The position numbers and the translations under genes were made by a program. This document shows, piece after piece, positions 38,392-49,045 of a stretch of DNA of 64,000 nt (positions are counted from its first letter, which is position 1; every line of letters starts with the position of its first letter). The DNA is from Dehalococcoidia bacterium. Lineage in GTDB: Bacteria; Chloroflexota; Dehalococcoidia; UBA2979. Where the stretch lies: the NCBI GenBank assembly GCA_964291495.2, contig OZ219868.1:32001-96000 (forward strand). The letters are read 5' to 3'. Under the pieces are notes generated by a model. It was given only the letters and a program-made list of their open reading frames with translations. It made no database searches and was not told the DNA's origin.

Positions 38392-39006
38392 TCAGGCCGC
38401 CGCTCGGCGTGCGCGCAGCCGGTGCCAACCGAGCCAGGCGAGGAGCGCAGCAACGGCCGCCGCGGCGAGCGCGCTCACCACGATGTCGAAGCGATCCGTG
38501 ATGAACTCGGCGAAGCGTTCGCCCCAGAAGAAGATCAGCACGCCGTAGACGCCGAAGCGCAGCCCGCGCCCGAGAATCGAGGCGAAGACGAACTGCGTGC
38601 GCGGTATCCCGACAACCCCCGCGCCGATGGTGAACACCTTGTAAGGGATTGGTGTCAGGCCCGCAGCTGCGACGGCCCAGAATCCCCAGCGCTGGAGCAG
38701 CTCCTCGACACGCTCGGCGTGCCGGCTGTGCAGCCGCAGCAGCAGCGGCCGGCCGAGCCGCAGGCCCAGCCAGTGACCGACAACGCCTCCGAGGACGGAG
38801 GCGACGATGGTGAGCGCGGCGAGGATGAGCGCGGCGTCCGGATGGCGCAGCGCGAGCGCGACCAGCAGCGGGTCCGTGGGGATCGGGAAGAAGACCGACT
38901 CAGAGGCGGTGATCAGGGCGAGCGCGATCGGCGCGACCGGGCTGTCCGCCCAGTCGATCAGCCACTCGCGCAGGTCATCCAGCCACTCGCGCAGGTCGTG
39001 CAGCAC
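38392..39006 (-). CDS. DedA/YqaA (VTT domain) membrane protein
   Basis: ESVFFPIPTD, GLTPIPYKVF, SILGRGLRF. Confidence 0.88.
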   Translation of the reverse strand: MLHDLREWLDDLREWLIDWADSPVAPIALALITASESVFFPIPTDPLLVALALRHPDAALILAALTIVASVLGGVVGHWLGLRLGRPLLLRLHSRHAERVEELLQRWGFWAVAAAGLTPIPYKVFTIGAGVVGIPRTQFVFASILGRGLRFGVYGVLIFFWGERFAEFITDRFDIVVSALAAAAVAALLAWLGWHRLRARRAAA

Positions 39007-39117
39007 GAGGTACAGCGTGAGCCCTCGATGCGCTCAGGGGCAACCGCGAGGCGGCAGCAACCGCGAGCGTGACGAGACGTCAGCCCGCGGGATGGTGCGT
39101 GGAGTCCGGGGGAGTGC

Positions 39118-39471
39118 CTAGTGGCCGCCGCCGCTGGCGCAGCCGCAGCCGCCGCCTTCGGCCGCCTGCGCGTTCGGGGCGTCGATGGTGAAGCCCTTTC
39201 GCATCAGGTCGTCCTCGGTGTAGTCGATCGAGGCGCCCTCGAGGCTGTTCGCGGTCGTCGGGTCGACGATGAAGGTGACGCCGTGCAGGTCGAGCACGTT
39301 GTCGTCGTCACCGGCCTTGTCGATGCCCATCGCGAAGGAGGGGCCGGAGCAGCCGCAGCCGCCGCCGCGCGCGAAGATGCGCAGGCCCTGGTCTTCGCTC
39401 TCGCGCTGCTGCGTGACGATCATGCCAAGCCGCTCCGCGGCGTCCTTGCTGACGGTGAGGGTCAGGCTCAT
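39118..39471 (-). CDS. A-type Fe-S cluster carrier (HesB/IscA/ErpA family)
   Basis: LRIFARGGGCGCSG, LEGASIDY, C-terminal GCGC. Confidence 0.88.
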   Translation of the reverse strand: MSLTLTVSKDAAERLGMIVTQQRESEDQGLRIFARGGGCGCSGPSFAMGIDKAGDDDNVLDLHGVTFIVDPTTANSLEGASIDYTEDDLMRKGFTIDAPNAQAAEGGGCGCASGGGH

Positions 39472-39525
39472 CGAGAACTCCTCTGGTGTGGGGCCGCGCC
39501 GCGTCCGGGGCGGCGGCCGCTTCGC

Positions 39526-41850
<2,325 letters not shown>

Positions 41851-41917
41851 GGCCGCATCCTAGCGCAGAACGCCCGTTCGCGCACCTGCACTCGCGCTTT
41901 TGCACGGGTTTCCGCGG

Positions 41918-42454
41918 CTAGTTCGCGCCCTCCGGATCAACGCCCGAGAGCGTACTCGCGCGCTCGATCAGGCCCGGCACGTCCTCGATCTCGCCCTCGA
42001 CGGCGATGTGCGTGCCGCCGCGCTCGGAGAGCCGCCAGCGCACGTTGCCGAGCGTCTCGACACGCTCGATGTGCTCGAGCTCTGCCCAGCGCACCTCCGT
42101 GAGGGTGCGCCCTCGATGGAGCGCGAGAGCTCCCGTGCGGGTGAGCACGATCGCGGTCGCGGTGCGCCGCCAGGTGAACCAGACGATCGGGAGCTGCAGC
42201 ACCATCACGACGGCGAGGAAGATCCCGAACCCCGTCGCCTCAGCCGATCCGGCCAGTTGTCCGATCGCGAGAAAGACGAGCGCGCCGAGCAGCGGCAGCA
42301 CGAACGAGGCGTGGTTCCACCAGTGCGACTCGTTGCGGTGGGCCGCGACCACCTCGAGGCCTTCGAGGGCCGCGCGGTCGTCGGGGTGGATGGGGCGCAG
42401 TGACGCGGCCGCCGATTCGCCGGCGGCGTCGCCCGGGTCCTGCTCGCCGTCCAT
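41918..42454 (-). CDS. Hypothetical membrane protein (two TM helices plus PH-like tail)
   Basis: Two hydrophobic helices followed by IVLT..G...EVRWAELE. Confidence 0.6.
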   Translation of the reverse strand: MDGEQDPGDAAGESAAASLRPIHPDDRAALEGLEVVAAHRNESHWWNHASFVLPLLGALVFLAIGQLAGSAEATGFGIFLAVVMVLQLPIVWFTWRRTATAIVLTRTGALALHRGRTLTEVRWAELEHIERVETLGNVRWRLSERGGTHIAVEGEIEDVPGLIERASTLSGVDPEGAN

Positions 42455-42481
42455 CGCGTGCCGGTTACGCCGCCATGCGCG

Positions 42482-42904
42482 CTAGACGCGCTCCCACTGC
42501 GGCACGAGCAGCGTCTCGTCCTCGTCGATGATCTCCTCGAAGACGGCGCGCACCTTCTGGCCGATCGCCACCTCGCCGGGCTCGCAGTTGAGCACGTTGC
42601 CCAGGATGCGCACGTGCGGATGCTCGTCGAGGCTGACGAGGGCCACGGCGTACGGCACGGCCTCGGCCAGCGCGGGGGCAGGTGGGTTGTGGACGACGAT
42701 GTAGGAGTAGACCGTCCCCTCGCCGTTCGTTTCCAGCGAGCGGAACTCCATAGCCCTGCAGGCGTTGCACGCGGCGTCCGGCGGGTGCTGGACCGTCCCG
42801 CACGGCACGCACTGCTGCACGACCAGTTTGCCCGAGGTGAAGAAGTCGCGGTTGAAGCGGTCAAGCTGGGGGATGGGCCAGTCTTCCGGCATGAATCGGG
42901 TCAT
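42482..42904 (-). CDS. DUF35 zinc-ribbon/OB-fold acyl-CoA-binding protein
   Basis: QQCVPCG..HPP..ACNAC, GEGTVYSY, PYAVALV.LDE; adjacent to a thiolase. Confidence 0.9.
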   Translation of the reverse strand: MTRFMPEDWPIPQLDRFNRDFFTSGKLVVQQCVPCGTVQHPPDAACNACRAMEFRSLETNGEGTVYSYIVVHNPPAPALAEAVPYAVALVSLDEHPHVRILGNVLNCEPGEVAIGQKVRAVFEEIIDEDETLLVPQWERV

Positions 42905-42959
42905 GGTGCTCTCCTCGCAAGCCCTCGCGGGGCTCGGAACTGCGGTCGCGCGGCGTCGG

Positions 42960-44141
42960 CTACGGCTCGACCGAGAGCAGCGCGGCGCTCGCCGGCAGCG
43001 CTCCCGGTCCCGCGACGACGAGGCTGAATTCGACGTTGTCGACCTGGCAGGTCGACTCGCCGCGGACCTGGCGGGCAGCCTCGTTCACCAGCTCGAAGCC
43101 GTGCACGTAGGCCTCCGCGAGGTTGCCGCCGCTGGTGTTGATCGGCAGCTCGCCGTCCGGCCAGCGGAGGTTGCCGGCGCGCACCCAGTCCTCGATCTCC
43201 TCGGGCGGCGAGAAGCCCATCTCGGAGATCGCCATCAGCGCAAGGCCGGTGAAGTTCTCGTAGAACTGCGCGACCTGCACGTCCCTGGGGCCGACGCCGG
43301 CCCGCGACCAGATCATGTCGGCGATGTTCTTGTAGTGCGCGGTCGGGAAGTCGGGGTCGTTGTAGCCGGCGCCGACGGCGCCCCCGGCGGCGCCGCGGTA
43401 GTCGATGCCCTGCGCGGCCGAGCGGATGTAGACGGGCTGCTTGTCGAGCTCGCGGGCGCGCTCGGCGCTCGTCACGATCACCGCGGCCGAGCAGTCGTTC
43501 TCCTGACAGCAGTCGAAGAGCCGGAACGGCTCGACGATCCAGCGCGAGTTGAGGTAGTCGTCCTTGGTCAGCTCGCGGCCGTGGCGGATCGCCCGGGGAT
43601 TGCGCTGGGCGTGCGCGTAGGCGGCGAGCGAAATCTCCGCGAGGGCGTGCTCGGTGATCCCGTGCTCGTACATGAAGCGCTGCGCGATCATCGCGTACCA
43701 GTGCGCTGGGACCATCACGCCGTAAGGGATGCGGAAGGCGCCCTCCTCGGGCACGCGCACGCGGCCGGTCACGCGCGCCTGGCCGAAGCGCCCGTACTCG
43801 CCCTGGGCGAGGCTGCGATAGCAGACGACGTAGTCGGCGTAGCCGGCGGTGACCGCCGCGTCGGCGATGGCGAGCGTGCCGGCGACGTTGTTGCCTCCGC
43901 CGTCCCAGGACAGCGCGGCGAACTTCGTCTCGTTGACGCCCAGCACCGTCGAGAGCTTCGAGGGCGTGCTGCGGTCGTTGCCGTAGGAGACGAACCCGTC
44001 GATCTCCTCGACATCGATGCCCGCGTCGGCGGCGGCGTTGGTGATCGCCGTGACCGCCAGCTGCAGTTCGCTGTCCGGGGAGCCGCCCGGCCGATAGTAC
44101 GTCGATTCGCCGATGCCGACGATCGCCGAGGTGCCTCGCAT
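42960..44141 (-). CDS. SCP-x/Ltp2-type thiolase superfamily protein
   Basis: AIVGIGES, RWIVEPFRLFDCC, QFYENFT, INTSGGNLAEAYVHG, RQVRGE; no canonical thiolase nucleophile Cys. Confidence 0.88.
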   Translation of the reverse strand: MRGTSAIVGIGESTYYRPGGSPDSELQLAVTAITNAAADAGIDVEEIDGFVSYGNDRSTPSKLSTVLGVNETKFAALSWDGGGNNVAGTLAIADAAVTAGYADYVVCYRSLAQGEYGRFGQARVTGRVRVPEEGAFRIPYGVMVPAHWYAMIAQRFMYEHGITEHALAEISLAAYAHAQRNPRAIRHGRELTKDDYLNSRWIVEPFRLFDCCQENDCSAAVIVTSAERARELDKQPVYIRSAAQGIDYRGAAGGAVGAGYNDPDFPTAHYKNIADMIWSRAGVGPRDVQVAQFYENFTGLALMAISEMGFSPPEEIEDWVRAGNLRWPDGELPINTSGGNLAEAYVHGFELVNEAARQVRGESTCQVDNVEFSLVVAGPGALPASAALLSVEP

Positions 44142-44463
44142 GGGGCGCCCCTTCCCGCTGCGCGCCCGCCTGTCCTGCCGGCGAGCGCCCGGATCGTGTG
44201 CGCTTCCGCCCGGGATGTCAAAGCGCGCGGGGAAGCCCGGGTTCCAGCCGCGCGGCTCGAGATCGTGGAGACGGGCCGCGCGACAACGCGCCGCCCGCGC
44301 GCGCGTCCTCTCGCGATACGGGCCCGAATCAACGATTCGAGAGAGTGAGCACGGTCACAACGCAGCGGGTATGGCACGGGAGTGGTATGGTTACGTCCAG
44401 CCTTGGATGCTTGACTTGTGCGTGCTACGCCGGTGAAGTGTCCGCCTGAAAGAACCGAGGCAA

Positions 44464-44498
44464 TTGACCAGGGTAAAAGGTAACTATAACCGTACCCT
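44464..44498 (+). promoter_or_regulatory. Putative promoter/operator upstream of the PAS-LuxR gene
   Basis: AT-rich patch with TTGACC (44464) and TATAAC (44485), 15-nt spacer, bracketed by an AGGGTA...TACCCT inverted repeat. Confidence 0.4.
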
Positions 44499-44513
44499 TA
44501 ATGGTCGTCGATC

Positions 44514-45203
44514 ATGCAAGGATTTGCGCCGGTGACATTGGATGCCATCTTCCAGCTTCTCGCGACCGCTCAGTTCGGCGCCTACGTCATGTCGCTCGAT
44601 CAGAAGATCATCTTCTGGAATCAGGCCGCCGAGCGGATCCTCGGCTTCCCGCGCGACCAGGTGATCGGTCGCCGCTGCTACGAGGTGGTGACGGGGCTGA
44701 GCCCCGGGGGCTTCACGCCCGAGTGCCTGCTCGGCTGCCCGTCGCTCCGCTCACTGCGAGGCGGTGATATCCCGAGTGCGTTCACCATGCTGATGCTGTG
44801 CGAGTCCGGCGAGCGCAAGGCAGTTTCGCTCACGCCGATGGTGATCGCCGCTCCCGGCGAGGACACGCCGTTCCTGGTACACCTCTTCGACGAGCCCGCC
44901 GAGGACGAAGGAGCCGACCAGGCGGCCGATTCACTGCGGAGCGAGTTGCGTGAGCAGGGCGCAGCCATCGTGTCGGACCAAGCGCCGGCGACCTCGACTC
45001 CGTCTGATCTCGGCAGACTGACCCAGCGAGAGCTCGAGGTTCTGCGCCTGGTAGCCGCGGGCTGGGGCACGCATCGGATCGCCGAGGCGTTGAGCATCAG
45101 TCCGCATACCGTGCGCAACCACGTGCGCCACTTCCGCGGGAAGCTGAACGCGACGACGAAGCTCGATGCAGTCGTCACGGCGATCCGCCTCGGGATCCTG
45201 TAG
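44514..45203 (+). CDS. PAS-domain LuxR-family transcriptional regulator
   Basis: IIFWNQAAERILGF..DQVIGR.CY PAS motif; C-terminal LTQRELEVL...IAEALSISPHTVRNH LuxR HTH. Confidence 0.92.
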   Translation: MQGFAPVTLDAIFQLLATAQFGAYVMSLDQKIIFWNQAAERILGFPRDQVIGRRCYEVVTGLSPGGFTPECLLGCPSLRSLRGGDIPSAFTMLMLCESGERKAVSLTPMVIAAPGEDTPFLVHLFDEPAEDEGADQAADSLRSELREQGAAIVSDQAPATSTPSDLGRLTQRELEVLRLVAAGWGTHRIAEALSISPHTVRNHVRHFRGKLNATTKLDAVVTAIRLGIL

Positions 45204-45321
45204 TCGCATCGCAGGAGGTGGCCCGCTCGGCCCGCCCCGGACGCGCCAGCAACGGTCCGGATGAAGGTCATGCCGGGAAAGCAGTTCGCGTCGGCGGGCG
45301 CCTCAGCCGCCCGTTCCCCGA

Positions 45322-45350
45322 ATAGGATGGCAGCCTCGGATAGGATGGCA
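45322..45350 (+). promoter_or_regulatory. 11-bp direct repeat ATAGGATGGCA (18-nt period) immediately upstream of the MMPL start
   Basis: Copies at 45322-45332 and 45340-45350; each contains TAGGAT (-10-like); the ATG is at 45355. Confidence 0.5.
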
Positions 45351-45354
45351 CGCC

Positions 45355-47838
45355 ATGAGTAGGGTTCTCGCCAGGCTGAGCTGGCTGATCACCGTTCGCC
45401 CGTACCTCACGATCCTCGTGCTCTTCATCATCACCGTCGTGCTGGCCGCGGGAGCAGGGCGGCGCGCCCCGGTCGTGGAGGGCGCTGCCCTGGCCTTCCT
45501 GCCCCCGGGGAACGCCGTCGCCAATGCGATCGAGGAGATCGACACGCACTTCGGGGAGTCGAGCGACGTCGGCGTCGTCACGCTGATCTTCCGTGGGGAC
45601 GCACTCACTCCCGAGGGGCTCGCGCAGATGGACGGCCTGATCGGTCGCATCGCCGGCGATCCGGGCGTGGGGGAGCTGCTGGCGCACGGCGACCCGATCA
45701 TCGCGCCCACCCTGGTCATCAATGCCGTGCTCCAACGAGATGGCCTCGCGGCGGTCACGCAGGCGGAGATCGACGCCGCCCGCGCTGTCCCCGAGATCGG
45801 CGGGGCGCTCGACGCGATGACCGGAACCGACACCGACGGTACGCCGGTCGCGATAGCCACGATCCGCCTGATCAACACCGGGGACGAGCGAGTAAAGGAG
45901 GCCGAACGGCGGATCAACGAGCTGGCGATCGCGGACGAGGGCCCACTGCGCGTGAGCAGCGTCTCGCCGATCGTGGTCGAGGATGAGTACCGCAAGGCCA
46001 CCGAGGAGGGCATGGCGCCCCTGATCGGCCTGGCGCTGCTCCTGATCGCCGCACTGATCCTGGTCTTCCTCCGCACGCTTTCGGACCTGCTGCTCACGCT
46101 GGTCGGCCTGCTCCTCTCGCTGATCTGGGTGATCGGGGCGGAGGGCTGGCTCGGACCGAACGCGCTGGGGCTGATCGGCCCGCCGAGCTCGCTGACCGCA
46201 TTGGTGCCGATCATCGTGATCAGCCTCACCGTGGACTACGCGATCCAGGCCGTCTCGCACTACCGCGAGCAGCGCGCCGAGGGCGAGCCGGTGGTGGCGG
46301 CGGTGCGGATCGGACTGCAACACGTCACCGTCCCGCTGACCCTGGCCGCCGTCACGACGATCGCGAGCCTGCTGGTGAACCTGCTCTCCCCGATCGGGGT
46401 GATGGGCGACTTCGGCATCGTCGCCGGGCTCGGCGTGGGGATGAGCCTGATCGTGATGCTGACGCTGATCCCGGCCGGCCGGGTGATCATCGACCGGCGG
46501 CGCGAGTCGCGCGGCACGTTGACGCAGCCTCGCCAGGTCGCGAACGCCCTGCCCGGCATCGGCCGGCTGGCGGAGCTTCTCGGGACCTCGGTCGCGCGCA
46601 CCCCGGCGCCCTACTTCGTCGTCGTGATCGCGGTGACCATCGGGCTCGGGTACGCAGCCACGGGACTCGAGTCCGGGTTCAATATCCGCGAGATCCTTCC
46701 CCGGGGCGGCAGCGTGCTGAAAGACATGGAGACGCTCGACGCAACCGTCGGCGGCTCAACGGAGATGGCGAGCGTGCTCATCACGGCCGAGGCCACCGAG
46801 ACTCGCACGCTGCTGAACCTCCACGACCTCAGGATTGCCTTCGATGACGAGGCGCGTCGCCCGCCGGCGGCGGCGGGACCGATCCAGGTCTCCTACGAGT
46901 TACTCGTCAGCGACTGGACAGAGGACAGCGGCGCGCTCGGCGACAAGTACGATCCGGAGCTCGCAGCGCTCTTCCAGCAAGCCACCACGGGGGTGCAGCT
47001 CGACCCGATCGTGATGCAGGAGTTCCTCGACAAGCTCACGGCGAGAGATCCCACCCTCGCGCGTGCGCTTGTGAACGATCCGCAGGGCGTCGACGCCATG
47101 CTGGTCCAGTTCCCAGCCTACTCAGGGGATCCCGCAGTCACGAGGGAGCTGCAGGAGGACATCGAGGCGCTCTGGTTCGGCGACGACGGCGCGGTGACGG
47201 CGACCTCGCTGGACATCGTCGCGGTCGCGGTTACCGACGAGATCACCGGCCGGCAGACCCAGGCGATCAGCACGACCATCGCGGTGGCCCTCGGGATTCT
47301 CGCCCTCTTCTTCTGGGTGACGCTGCGCCAGCCGCTCCTGGCGGTTGTCGCGGTGGGGCCGATCGTGCTCGTCCTTATCTGGGTGCTGGGCACGATGGCG
47401 CTGCTCGACATCCCCTACACGCTGGTCACCTCGATCATCACGGCGCTCTCCATCGGGATCGGGGTGGACTACACGATCCACCTGATCCATCGCTACCGCG
47501 AGGAGTTCACCCGTGTGCGCAATCCGGAGCAGGCGGCGATCCGGACGCTGGCCACCACCGGCTCGGCGCTGCTGGGCTCCGCGCTGACGACGGCGCTCGG
47601 GCTCGGCGTGCTGGTGGCCTCTCCGCTGCTCGCGTCCCAGCAGTTCGGCCTCACGGCGGCGATCACGATCGCCTACTCGCTGATCGTGTCGATCCTCGTG
47701 GTGCCGCCCGCCATGACCGTCTGGGGCGCCTACCAGAACATGCGGCTCCGCTCGATGGTGGACCGCATGGCGGAGGAGCTGGACCTGGCGATCGAGGCGG
47801 TGCACCGCCGCCACGAGGAGGAGCAGGGCGCGCCGTAG
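45355..47838 (+). CDS. MMPL/RND family transporter, paralog A
   Basis: 827 aa, two RND repeats, LTVDYAIQ..HYRE and GIGVDYTIH..RYREE, GSALLGSALTTALG. Confidence 0.92.
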   Translation: MSRVLARLSWLITVRPYLTILVLFIITVVLAAGAGRRAPVVEGAALAFLPPGNAVANAIEEIDTHFGESSDVGVVTLIFRGDALTPEGLAQMDGLIGRIAGDPGVGELLAHGDPIIAPTLVINAVLQRDGLAAVTQAEIDAARAVPEIGGALDAMTGTDTDGTPVAIATIRLINTGDERVKEAERRINELAIADEGPLRVSSVSPIVVEDEYRKATEEGMAPLIGLALLLIAALILVFLRTLSDLLLTLVGLLLSLIWVIGAEGWLGPNALGLIGPPSSLTALVPIIVISLTVDYAIQAVSHYREQRAEGEPVVAAVRIGLQHVTVPLTLAAVTTIASLLVNLLSPIGVMGDFGIVAGLGVGMSLIVMLTLIPAGRVIIDRRRESRGTLTQPRQVANALPGIGRLAELLGTSVARTPAPYFVVVIAVTIGLGYAATGLESGFNIREILPRGGSVLKDMETLDATVGGSTEMASVLITAEATETRTLLNLHDLRIAFDDEARRPPAAAGPIQVSYELLVSDWTEDSGALGDKYDPELAALFQQATTGVQLDPIVMQEFLDKLTARDPTLARALVNDPQGVDAMLVQFPAYSGDPAVTRELQEDIEALWFGDDGAVTATSLDIVAVAVTDEITGRQTQAISTTIAVALGILALFFWVTLRQPLLAVVAVGPIVLVLIWVLGTMALLDIPYTLVTSIITALSIGIGVDYTIHLIHRYREEFTRVRNPEQAAIRTLATTGSALLGSALTTALGLGVLVASPLLASQQFGLTAAITIAYSLIVSILVVPPAMTVWGAYQNMRLRSMVDRMAEELDLAIEAVHRRHEEEQGAP

Positions 47839-47891
47839 GCAGCGAGCGACGGCGCAGCGACACGCCCCGGCCCCGCTGCGTCGGCAGTCTG

Positions 47892-48914
47892 CTAGAGGGG
47901 CTTTCGAGCGAGAAAACAGTAGAGCGGTGTGAAGATGCCTGCCTTGCCGCCCGCGACATAGGCATCCGCAGTCCGATCGAGCAGTCGGACGACTTCCGCG
48001 GAGCCCTCGGGAAACAGCCGCACCACTTCAGCCAGCCCCAGTCCTGCGATCAACGCCTTGCGGCCCCACGGAAGCCTGCGAAGGGCCGTTCCCAGCGTCC
48101 CGTGGCGGCTTTCCATGGGCTGATACCAGGGTGTGGATGGTTCCGTTGTGGCTCCTCGGTCTAGCCCTTCGATAACGTGGAACCCGGCCTCTTCAAGCGC
48201 GTGGTTCACCTCCCTGAACGTCGCGATCTCGTTCAGAGCAATCCCGCGCATCAGGTCCTGCTTGATGGCCTGATGGCGGCGGTCGTTCGGATCGAACGTG
48301 TCCGTAAGGCACATCTCCTGGCCCCAGAAGAGGGCTCCGGGCTTCAGCACGCGGAAGATCTCCTCGAACGCACCTTGCTTGTCCGGCGCGTGGCACGTTG
48401 ACTCGATAGCGTACCCGCCGTCGAAGGTGTCGTCCGCGATTGCGCCCATGTCCATGAAGCTGCAGGCGTGGTAGTCAACCATGTGGTCGAGCCCCGCCTC
48501 GGCGTTCAACCGTTTCGCCCTCTCCAACTGGATCGTGTTGATGTTGATGCCGACTACGCGGACGCCGGACTCGCGGGCGACGCGGCGCATGGGGCCGCCG
48601 ATTCCACAACCGACATCGATAACCGTCATGCCCTGCTGCAGCTCCAGCCGGGAGATCATCAACCGCTGATGCCGGACCTGGGACTCCTCGAGGCTCTCGG
48701 TTGGGGAGAGGGGCGCGAAGTGCAGGGACTCGCTCCAGCCCCACACCATGAATCCGCTGCACAGGTCGTAGTAGTCCTTGACCGTCTCCGTGTGGTCGTA
48801 CCCGGCTTCTGGCGCCGCCCGATCGATCCAGCCGTCGAAGCGCTGGACTCTGTGCCTGACGTCCGTTCCCCGGTACGCATCTCGCAGCTCTCTCGATAGC
48901 CTGCGCAACTGCAC
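47892..48914 (-). CDS. Sterol C-24 methyltransferase-like (ERG6/SMT1 family) SAM-dependent methyltransferase
   Basis: DYYDL, GWSESLHFAP, IDVGCGIGGP, YAIESTCHAP, EIFRVLKPG, PWYQP and C-terminal GGKAGIFTPLYCFLARKP, all SMT-type blocks; GTG start with GGAGGAG RBS. Confidence 0.85.
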   Translation of the reverse strand: MQLRRLSRELRDAYRGTDVRHRVQRFDGWIDRAAPEAGYDHTETVKDYYDLCSGFMVWGWSESLHFAPLSPTESLEESQVRHQRLMISRLELQQGMTVIDVGCGIGGPMRRVARESGVRVVGININTIQLERAKRLNAEAGLDHMVDYHACSFMDMGAIADDTFDGGYAIESTCHAPDKQGAFEEIFRVLKPGALFWGQEMCLTDTFDPNDRRHQAIKQDLMRGIALNEIATFREVNHALEEAGFHVIEGLDRGATTEPSTPWYQPMESRHGTLGTALRRLPWGRKALIAGLGLAEVVRLFPEGSAEVVRLLDRTADAYVAGGKAGIFTPLYCFLARKPL

Positions 48915-49045
48915 GCCCTGGCTCTCCTCCCCGATCGCGCCGATCGTGGTACGCGGTCTGGTCTAGCTGCCTGCTGAGGATGACGCCGATCTCCACGGGG
49001 TCGGGCCGTGGCGGTCGGCGACGGGGATGGTTCGCCGCGTCAGCG

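Noticed and set aside
44481-44505. TAACTATAACCGTACCCTTAATGG resembles the I-CeuI homing site / 23S rRNA segment (TAACTATAACGGTCCTAAGG)
   Set aside because: Only the first 10 nt match and no flanking rRNA sequence is present; better explained as an AT-rich promoter.
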